Positions 13,840 to 21,850 of a DNA stretch of 32,000 bases are shown one piece after another. Made by a program: the position numbers and the translations under genes. The stretch covers positions 246-32,245 of the forward strand of contig CALVNN010000007.1 in the NCBI GenBank assembly GCA_944349765.1. Direction: 5' to 3'. This stretch comes from an uncultured Clostridia bacterium. GTDB lineage: Bacteria; Bacillota; Clostridia; Christensenellales; UBA1242. Position 1 is the first letter of the stretch. Every line of letters begins with the position of its first letter. Below the pieces are notes generated by a model that worked only from the letters and a program-made list of their open reading frames with translations, made no database searches and had not been told where the DNA came from.

Positions 13840-16476
13840 TTACTTTTTGTTAAAAATCTCCAATAAATTATTTAAAATTTCCATAGCCATAAATGGTGTT
13901 ACATTGTTAATATTAATGTCTTTTAATATTTGCTTTATTTGGCTAATTTCCCTGTTATCCCGCTCAAAATCTTGCGGTAAAGCCTTTTCACTGACATTTT
14001 TCAAATTCAATCTCTCATTAACTTGAAGTAATGAAAGTATTTCTTTTGCCCTTGTTATTATAGACTTAGGAATACCAGCTATCTCAGCCACTTCAATACC
14101 AAAACTCTTATTAGCACCGCCTCGAACAATTTTTCTCAAGAAAATAACGCTATCATTGTATTCTTTTACACTGATTCTATAATTTTTCACGCCATCTAGC
14201 ATATTTTCCAGATCTGTTAATTCGTGATAATGTGTTGCAAATAATGTCTTACACTTTAGATTTTTAGAAATATATTCCATTATTGCCCAAGCTATCGAAA
14301 GTCCATCATAAGTTGAAGTACCTCTACCTACCTCATCTAATATCACCAGACTACGTTCAGTAGCATTATGAATGATGTTGCTTACTTCACTCATCTCCAC
14401 CATAAAGGTACTTTGACCAAAAGCCAAATCATCGCTAGCCCCTACACGTGTAAATATTCTATCAAAAATCGGTATTTTAGCAGACTTAGCTGGTACAAAG
14501 CATCCCATATGAGCCATTAGCACTATAATAGCAGTCTGTCTCATATAAGTGCTTTTACCCGCCATATTAGGCCCCGTTATAATCATTATACGGTTGTCTT
14601 TGTCGTCAAGGAAAATATCATTAGGGACAAAGTTTTCATTCTTAGTGATTGCTTCAACTACAGGATGTCTACCCTCTTTTATGTCTAATTCTATCAAATC
14701 TTTATTTATTTCTGGTTTGACATAATTATATTTAATCGCATCACTAGCAAAACAAACGAGTACGTCCAAAAGAGCAATCTGCTCAGCTGTATTTAAGAAA
14801 ACATTTACATTGTCTCTTAATATTTTTTTGACATTTTCAAAAAGTTTATGCTCTAAAGTATCAGCAAGTTCTTCTGCATCAAGCAATTTATTTTCCAATT
14901 CTTTTAATTCATCGGTAATATACCTATCTTTCTCAGCTACGGTTTGCTTCCTTATATATCTTAAAGGTACTTTATCGGCATATTTTTTATCTACCTCTAT
15001 AAAGTATCCATATACTTTATTAAACTTGACACTCAAATCCAAACCAGTTTTTTCTTTTTCTACTTGCTCAAGACTTTGAATCCAATCAACGCTATTTTCC
15101 ATCATACTCCTTAGCTCATCCAGCTGGGAATTATAGCCTCGCTTGATGATATAAGGATTGATACGCTTCTTCCTATCTTTTTTCTTTGTATTGACTTCAT
15201 CTATTTGAGGTATAATATCTTTTTCCTCAAAAGCATCATCTAATATTTTGATTAAAGCACCAAAATCAGCAATATTATCGTTTATTTCTACTAGAAGTGG
15301 CGACTTTAGTTTATTTAGAACTACTTTTACATCTTTTATTAGCATTAAAGCTTTCTTTAAATTTATACAATCCCTCGGTTGTATGGTATTATAAGCCAAT
15401 TTACCACTAACTCTTTCAATATCAATTATTTCCTTAAGTGTGTCTTTTAAAGCCTCTTTGTGTATAATATTTTTTATAAGCTCCTCTACAGCTTGTAGAC
15501 GTCTATTGATTTCTTTAGGATTTTGAAGGGGTTGTTCTACTAAAGTTCTTAAGTATCTAGCACCCATTTTCGTTTTGGTATCATCCAAAACGTCAAGAAG
15601 TGAGCCTTTTTTCTTATTATCACGCATAGTAGCTACTAATTCCAAATTACGTCTAGCGTTAGAATCTAAAAACATATATACGTCATCACGAAGTATAGTG
15701 ATAGGCTTTATATGATTTAAGTCACGCTTTTGTGTGCTACTTATATACTCAAGCAAAGCACCGCAAGCACCTATAATTTCTTTTTTATCAAAAAGATCAG
15801 TACTTCTTAAATCTTTTAGCTTGTATTGCTTTAGAATGGCTTTTGTCGCAGTCTCCACCTCAAAAGCCCAGTCAAAATATTTAAAAAATCTAGGTAAGCT
15901 ACCTATTACTACACCACCCAAATTGCCAGCTATATCCATTATGAATTGATTGCAAATGATTTCAGCGGGACGAATTCTTAAAAGTTCATCGTTTAGAGCA
16001 CTTAAGTATTCACCTGTAAATTCTTTAGCATAGAAAGCACCTGTACTCACATCCAAATAAGCTAGTCCTACTCGCTCTTTTTCCCCACAAATACATGCTA
16101 TGTAGTTATTCTTATTAGCATCAAGAATACTTCCTTCAATAACAGTACCCGGCGTGACTACTCTGACCACATCACGTTCGACCATAACGCCTTTTTCTGC
16201 TGGTGTTAACTGCTCGCATATTGCGACCTTATAACCTTTAGCAACTAATTCAGCTAAATACGTATCCAAAGCATGTGCTGGTACTCCACACATAGGGGCA
16301 CGTTTTTCTAATCCGCAATCACGTCCAGTCAATACCAAATTAAGTTCTTTGGATACAAGCTCCGCATCTTCAAAAAACATTTCATAAAAGTCGCCAAGTC
16401 TATACATCAAAATACAATCCGCATATTCTTGCTTCTTTCGCAAATATTGTTCCATCATTGGCGAGCATTTTGCCAT
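13840..16476 (-). CDS. mutS: DNA mismatch repair protein MutS
   Basis: 878 aa. N-terminal TPMMEQY-like motif (SPMMEQYL), Walker A GPNMAGKST and DEVGRGTS motifs. Confidence 0.96.
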   Translation of the reverse strand: MAKCSPMMEQYLRKKQEYADCILMYRLGDFYEMFFEDAELVSKELNLVLTGRDCGLEKRAPMCGVPAHALDTYLAELVAKGYKVAICEQLTPAEKGVMVERDVVRVVTPGTVIEGSILDANKNNYIACICGEKERVGLAYLDVSTGAFYAKEFTGEYLSALNDELLRIRPAEIICNQFIMDIAGNLGGVVIGSLPRFFKYFDWAFEVETATKAILKQYKLKDLRSTDLFDKKEIIGACGALLEYISSTQKRDLNHIKPITILRDDVYMFLDSNARRNLELVATMRDNKKKGSLLDVLDDTKTKMGARYLRTLVEQPLQNPKEINRRLQAVEELIKNIIHKEALKDTLKEIIDIERVSGKLAYNTIQPRDCINLKKALMLIKDVKVVLNKLKSPLLVEINDNIADFGALIKILDDAFEEKDIIPQIDEVNTKKKDRKKRINPYIIKRGYNSQLDELRSMMENSVDWIQSLEQVEKEKTGLDLSVKFNKVYGYFIEVDKKYADKVPLRYIRKQTVAEKDRYITDELKELENKLLDAEELADTLEHKLFENVKKILRDNVNVFLNTAEQIALLDVLVCFASDAIKYNYVKPEINKDLIELDIKEGRHPVVEAITKNENFVPNDIFLDDKDNRIMIITGPNMAGKSTYMRQTAIIVLMAHMGCFVPAKSAKIPIFDRIFTRVGASDDLAFGQSTFMVEMSEVSNIIHNATERSLVILDEVGRGTSTYDGLSIAWAIMEYISKNLKCKTLFATHYHELTDLENMLDGVKNYRISVKEYNDSVIFLRKIVRGGANKSFGIEVAEIAGIPKSIITRAKEILSLLQVNERLNLKNVSEKALPQDFERDNREISQIKQILKDININNVTPFMAMEILNNLLEIFNKK

Positions 16477-16512
16477 ATTTTCACCCCTTTTTGTTATCTT
16501 AAACTAAATTAC

Positions 16513-16541
16513 ATTATACAAAATTTTTCTTCAAATTTCAA
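16513..16541 (-). promoter_or_regulatory. promoter of mutS-mutL-miaA operon
   Basis: On the minus strand: TTGAAA, 17 nt, TATAAT. AGGGGTGA SD before the mutS ATG. Confidence 0.5.
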
Positions 16542-16585
16542 CATTAAATCGTAATAAAATTGTTTTTTCTGATTAAACTATATAT

Positions 16586-18883
16586 ATGCAAAACACTGTA
16601 GAAAGGAAAAATAAAAGCAAATTGTATAAGATACTGAAAATAGCATTGAGCTTTATGCTTGTGGCGTTTGTAGTAGTGGGATTATATGTAATTATCCTAT
16701 CAAGTACTTTAAAGCTAAATGATGAAATGTTAGACTCACTTACTACCCCCGTCAGTATTTACGATAAAGAAAATACACTAGTAAATTTTGGCGTTGACTC
16801 ACCTTACGTATCTGTAGATGAGCTAAACCAACATACCATAGACGCCTTTATAAGTATAGAAGATGAAAAATTTTATGCACATAAAGGAATTAACATTGGT
16901 AGGATGGCAAAAGCTTTGGTAAATAATATATCTAGTGGTAGTATAGTTGAAGGGGCATCAACTATAAGTCAACAATTAATAAAAAACACACATCTAGACA
17001 ATGAGAAAACATACTCAAGAAAAATTAGAGAAATACTATTGACACTAAAACTTGAGCAAAAATACTCAAAAGATGAGATTATGGAAATGTATCTAAATGC
17101 TATTTATTTTGGTAGCGGATGCTATGGACTAGAAAGTGCATCAATATTTTACTTTGGGAAAAACGCAAAAGATTTGACGATAAACGAGTCAGCAATTCTA
17201 GCTGGCATTATAAAATCACCTAGCTACTTATCTCCCATAAATTATCCTAGTGAATGTTTGGAACGAAAAAATTTAGTACTCAAACAAATGCTAGTTAACG
17301 AAAAGATTACTAAAGAACAATACGAAACATCAATAGCTGAAGGTATAGAGCTGAATTTAACTAATCCAAAGCACGAAATAACTTATTCCGAATACATAAC
17401 TAGTGCTATCAGCGAAGCTAGTGAAATACTACAAATTTCAAAAAATTCTATAGCTTCTAATAATTACAAAATCTACACCTATTTAGATAACAACGCTCAA
17501 AATTTACTTTCAAAAAATATTGAGACAAGTGACTCATCTGTTATGCACAATGGCATACTTATAGACAATGAGACTGGGGGTATAAATGCCTTTTGTTCTA
17601 ATCTACAATTTGGTGGTATAAGTGTAAAGCGTACACCCGCCTCCACATTAAAACCTATTTTGGTATACGCTCCTGCCATTGAAATAGGAAACATATATTT
17701 TGATACTATAATACAAGACGAACCGACAAATTTTGGAGATTATTCACCACATAACATAAACAACAAATATTATGGAGATATTACAGCCTCGAGTGCTTTA
17801 GCTTTGTCTTTAAATATTCCAGCCGTAAAAATACTTGAGCAAATTGGTATTGATCAAGCAAAAGAATTTGCAAGTAATCTCGGCATACCATTTGACGAAA
17901 ATGATAATGGACTAGCTTTGGCTCTCGGTGGTATGACAAAAGGAATTAGTATACTAGAGCTTTGCAATGCGTATAGCCCTTTTGTCAATAATGGAAGCTA
18001 TAAAGAGGCTACTTTTATAAGAAAAATAACCGACCAAGATGGTAAAATATTATATATGCACAATCCTACATCTAAAAAAGTGATGAAAGACTCAACTGCT
18101 TATTTAATTGGCGAAATGATGCGAAAAACTGTAACAGAAGGCACATGTAAAGCCCTCAAAGGATTAGACTTTGAAGTACGTGCAAAAAGCGGAACTAACG
18201 GGACCGCAGATGAGTCGCTTAATACCGATATGCTGTGCGTAGCGCAAACCACTAAGCACACAAGTTGTATATGGTATTACGCTAAGGATAATGAAAAAGA
18301 AAATCTTATAAAGACCAGTCTTGGCAACGACATATCTCCTACGCTTAAAATAAAAAGTTTATTTGAAGAATACTACACTAGCGCTCCTAAGGATTTTGTT
18401 AAGCCAAACTCTGTAGTTGAATTAAAATTAGACAGACTCTCATATGAAAAAGGAGTTTTTGAGATTGCTACAGCCAACACACCCGAAAGATACACTATAA
18501 CCTCTATATTTGACATAACTAACAAGCCAAAAGCCATTAGTACAAATTTTAGCAAAGTCCAATCGACAAAACTAACTGCCATTAAAGGTGACTCCTCTGT
18601 GAAACTAAAATTTGACGTAATAAATTATCAAAATTACAAACTTATCCGAAAACAATACAAAAACAATAGACTAATAAACACTTCTACCTTATTAGAAATT
18701 AAAGAAAAAGATGACTTTATAGAGTACATTGATGAAGATATAGAATCAAACTCAAAATATGTGTATATGCTCGAAATTGAACAAAAAAGCGGATTAAAAG
18801 AAAATAGTAATCAAGTTACAGTTTTCTTCAATGCACCGCCTCGAGAAAATAAAAATATTGATTCTTATAGGTGGTATTTTTAA
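16586..18883 (+). CDS. class A penicillin-binding protein (glycosyltransferase GT51 + transpeptidase) with extra C-terminal beta-rich region
   Basis: 765 aa with an N-terminal TM. GT51 motifs EDEKFYAHKGIN and RKIRE; transpeptidase motifs STLK (SxxK) and KSGT. Confidence 0.92.
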   Translation: MQNTVERKNKSKLYKILKIALSFMLVAFVVVGLYVIILSSTLKLNDEMLDSLTTPVSIYDKENTLVNFGVDSPYVSVDELNQHTIDAFISIEDEKFYAHKGINIGRMAKALVNNISSGSIVEGASTISQQLIKNTHLDNEKTYSRKIREILLTLKLEQKYSKDEIMEMYLNAIYFGSGCYGLESASIFYFGKNAKDLTINESAILAGIIKSPSYLSPINYPSECLERKNLVLKQMLVNEKITKEQYETSIAEGIELNLTNPKHEITYSEYITSAISEASEILQISKNSIASNNYKIYTYLDNNAQNLLSKNIETSDSSVMHNGILIDNETGGINAFCSNLQFGGISVKRTPASTLKPILVYAPAIEIGNIYFDTIIQDEPTNFGDYSPHNINNKYYGDITASSALALSLNIPAVKILEQIGIDQAKEFASNLGIPFDENDNGLALALGGMTKGISILELCNAYSPFVNNGSYKEATFIRKITDQDGKILYMHNPTSKKVMKDSTAYLIGEMMRKTVTEGTCKALKGLDFEVRAKSGTNGTADESLNTDMLCVAQTTKHTSCIWYYAKDNEKENLIKTSLGNDISPTLKIKSLFEEYYTSAPKDFVKPNSVVELKLDRLSYEKGVFEIATANTPERYTITSIFDITNKPKAISTNFSKVQSTKLTAIKGDSSVKLKFDVINYQNYKLIRKQYKNNRLINTSTLLEIKEKDDFIEYIDEDIESNSKYVYMLEIEQKSGLKENSNQVTVFFNAPPRENKNIDSYRWYF

Positions 18884-18886
18884 GAT

Positions 18887-18916
18887 AAAACTCCAAACTT
18901 AAGGTTTGGAGTTTTT
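18887..18916. terminator. bidirectional terminator between PBP gene and MetRS-like gene
   Basis: AAAACTCCAAAC-TTAAG-GTTTGGAGTTTT. Confidence 0.85.
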
Positions 18917-18935
18917 GACATCTAAAATATATATA

Positions 18936-20906
18936 TTAAGCTTGCGATGGATGCTTTTTAAAGAAAGGATTTTCATCTTCTAACCTTTCTATCTTTTGAT
19001 TGTCTCCTATAAATGTGGCTATATCATCAAAGATGTAATCCCACGATAACCACTTATCATTAAAGTTAAAATAGTTAGCTATTTCAATAGCCTTATGTGG
19101 TATAGCTGGGTAAAGCAAAGTATTAGCGACTCTTACTGCATACACCAAATCTACTAAAATACTTAAATCTCCGCTTTCAATTAAATGCTTATTAGTTTCA
19201 TAGTACTTGTTGATATTTCTAAGAAGATTATCATAAATATTGTATAAAATATGAAATTTATACGAATAAATACGATCTTCAAAGTTTAATATTGCTTCTT
19301 TGCACATCTCCTTAATCTTAGCCGAAGCTTCACCTAAAGGGATAATACCTCCGTTAAAGTCATTTACTGCAAAACTTAGTTTTCTAAGTATTCTATTGTA
19401 AATATTAATTAATAAGTTGCCTTCTTTAATAGCTGGGTCTTCCTCATCAGGCTTTGCATTAGGGTTGTATGCTTTAGGTGTAAAATTTGAGTTTGTATCA
19501 CCTAGATTTTTTGCTAAGTAATGCATTCTCATTTGCTCGACAGTATAATGCTCCAAAAGCTCTCGAGCTAGTGGAGCTCGCACCGCACCACTGCTACTAG
19601 CCTTAGCACCCATAAATAAGGAATGTTTATTTACTATCAAGTTAGTCATTCGAAGTGTACCATTTTTGCAAGACGTATCAAAATGCTCGCCTTGAGTCGC
19701 CAAGAAAATGGCTTCTTGAGGTGGCCCATAAAAATACAAGTTATCTTCTGCTAAAAATTGATAGACCTCCGACTCTTCATCACACCACCAGTTATGCCAG
19801 TCTTGCATTAAATTATTATGATTCTTTAAGTACACTCTTGTAAATGATATAGGTGCCCACAAACTCTCTGGCCATACATAAAAAGTAAGTCCCGTCAATC
19901 CATCTTTGTCAGGAAGTTTTACCCCCCACTCACAATTACCGCTTATTCTAAAAGGCACTAAAGTCTTGCCGTTACGATAACGGATTTCGTTCTCGCTCAA
20001 TATCTCACAAGCCTTTTCCCTATCCTCTAAACAACTAAACTGTATAGTAAAACTAGGCTTATTTTCTATATCTTCTATTATTTCAAATTTTGGTAAAAGA
20101 GCTTTTACTTTGTCCCATTTTTCCATTTGGTCTTTTCTGATAATGTATATTTCAGGCAATTTCAAAAATTCCCTTAGTTCTTTTGACACAAACTTACGGT
20201 GACGCTTGTCTTTTTCTTGTTTTGATAATATTTCAAGTAAAGCATCTTTGAATAATAACATATCCAAATACCAATTAGAAATCTTTTTTAGTACTGGCTT
20301 AGTGCCAGACAAAGTACTTATAGGGTTTATAAGTTCTTTTGGTAAATATTGATGACCTAATTCGCATTCATCAGAATAAGCTTTTGAGCTACTACACCCC
20401 TCAATAGGACATTTACCTATTAATTGTCGTCCATTAATAAAACAACCTTTTTCCTCATCAAAAAATTGCTCCGTATCCATCTTTTTCAGAGCCTTTGACT
20501 TATACATAGCTTCAAATATCTCAGCCGATACCTTTTCATGCTCTTCTTTTGCTTCGCCAAAAGCCGACGCCCCAAAAAAATCAAATTCAATTTGAGCCAT
20601 CTTCATTGATTCATCTTGCAAATTGTGATAATCCTTAACCAAATCTACAATACTGCCTGAGTATTCATTTGCTTCTACTTTTTTGCGATAAGACTCTTCA
20701 AGTGGCGTACCATAACAATCAGTACCGGTCACAAATATTACATTATCTTTACCTATTCTACATTTTAAAAACCTAGCAAATACATCTGCTTGTAACGCCA
20801 TACCAAAGATGTATCCAAAATGCAAATCTTTATTGCCATATGGCATACCAGCAGTCACAATAGCTCTTTTAGGAAAGACTGGCCTTTCCTTAATAAATTT
20901 TTCCAT
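18936..20906 (-). CDS. methionyl-tRNA synthetase-like class I aaRS family protein with degenerate catalytic signatures
   Basis: 656 aa, collinear with MetRS (PYGNKDLHFGY, TDCYGTP, CPIEGC..CELGH knuckle, FYVWPESLWAP). HIGH reads HFGY and KMSKS reads KASSS. Confidence 0.85.
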   Translation of the reverse strand: MEKFIKERPVFPKRAIVTAGMPYGNKDLHFGYIFGMALQADVFARFLKCRIGKDNVIFVTGTDCYGTPLEESYRKKVEANEYSGSIVDLVKDYHNLQDESMKMAQIEFDFFGASAFGEAKEEHEKVSAEIFEAMYKSKALKKMDTEQFFDEEKGCFINGRQLIGKCPIEGCSSSKAYSDECELGHQYLPKELINPISTLSGTKPVLKKISNWYLDMLLFKDALLEILSKQEKDKRHRKFVSKELREFLKLPEIYIIRKDQMEKWDKVKALLPKFEIIEDIENKPSFTIQFSCLEDREKACEILSENEIRYRNGKTLVPFRISGNCEWGVKLPDKDGLTGLTFYVWPESLWAPISFTRVYLKNHNNLMQDWHNWWCDEESEVYQFLAEDNLYFYGPPQEAIFLATQGEHFDTSCKNGTLRMTNLIVNKHSLFMGAKASSSGAVRAPLARELLEHYTVEQMRMHYLAKNLGDTNSNFTPKAYNPNAKPDEEDPAIKEGNLLINIYNRILRKLSFAVNDFNGGIIPLGEASAKIKEMCKEAILNFEDRIYSYKFHILYNIYDNLLRNINKYYETNKHLIESGDLSILVDLVYAVRVANTLLYPAIPHKAIEIANYFNFNDKWLSWDYIFDDIATFIGDNQKIERLEDENPFFKKHPSQA

Positions 20907-20911
20907 ATCTC

Positions 20912-20946
20912 ACTCCAAAAACACCCTTTTAAACAGGGTGTTTTAA
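20912..20946 (-). terminator. intrinsic terminator after ftsY, abutting the SD of the MetRS-like gene
   Basis: AAAACACCCT-GTTTAAA-AGGGTGTTTT, then TTTTT, followed at once by GGAGTGAG and the ATG. Confidence 0.75.
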
Positions 20947-20950
20947 AAAT

Positions 20951-21841
20951 CTACACAATAGCCTCGACAAATGTCTTAGCATCAAATTCCTCTAAATCAT
21001 CTATTTTTTCGCCTACACCGACAAAATATATAGGTAATTCATTTTCCTCAGCAATAGCCAGTACTACACCACCTTTTGCTGAACCATCTAGCTTGGTAAG
21101 TACAATACCGTCTATACCTATAGCTTCTTTAAATGCTTCAACCTGCATAACAGCATTTTGCCCAGTTGTCGCATCCAAAACTAATAAATTAAGTTGCATA
21201 GCTTCTGGCCATTCACGTTCTTTGATTCGATTAATCTTTTTGAGCTCCTCCATAAGGTTGGTTTTGTTATGAAGACGCCCAGCAGTATCTACTATAAGCA
21301 CATCTATATCTTTTGCTTTAGCACTACTAATACCATCAAACACTACAGCCCCGGGGTCACTACCCTCACCTTGAGCTATGACTCTAACGTTATTTCGTTT
21401 ACCCCATTCGCATAGTTGTTCTGTAGCTGCCGCTCTAAATGTATCTCCAGCCACAAGCACTACAGATTTTTTTTGATTTTGAAAATATTTAGCCATTTTA
21501 CCAATAGTTGTCGTCTTACCTACGCCATTAACGCCAACAACGGTTATTATAAGCGGATACTCAAAATCCTCTTTATCTATAGTCAGGATTTCTACCATTA
21601 TATCTCTTAATATTTGTTTAGCTTCCTCAGCTGTCTTGATATGCTCTTTTTTGACTCTGCTCTTCATCTCGTCAATGATTTTTTCCGTAGCACTGACTCC
21701 AATATCAGAAGTATACAATATTTCTTCTAGTTCATCATAAAAATCATCATTTAATTCTTTTTTAAATAAGCTTTCAAACTTATTTGATATAGCATCTTTA
21801 GTCTTCTTTAGTCCACTAAATAGTTTTGAAAATAATCCCAT
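20951..21841 (-). CDS. ftsY: signal recognition particle receptor FtsY
   Basis: 296 aa. SRP GTPase NG domain with GVNGVGKTTTIGK, DTAGR and TKLDG motifs. Confidence 0.95.
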   Translation of the reverse strand: MGLFSKLFSGLKKTKDAISNKFESLFKKELNDDFYDELEEILYTSDIGVSATEKIIDEMKSRVKKEHIKTAEEAKQILRDIMVEILTIDKEDFEYPLIITVVGVNGVGKTTTIGKMAKYFQNQKKSVVLVAGDTFRAAATEQLCEWGKRNNVRVIAQGEGSDPGAVVFDGISSAKAKDIDVLIVDTAGRLHNKTNLMEELKKINRIKEREWPEAMQLNLLVLDATTGQNAVMQVEAFKEAIGIDGIVLTKLDGSAKGGVVLAIAEENELPIYFVGVGEKIDDLEEFDAKTFVEAIV

Positions 21842-21850
21842 AATATTATT

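Noticed and set aside
20820-21272. 150-aa plus-strand ORF spanning the MetRS-like start, the terminator and the ftsY 3' end
   Set aside because: It crosses an intrinsic terminator and two real genes on the opposite strand, has low-complexity sequence and has no RBS.
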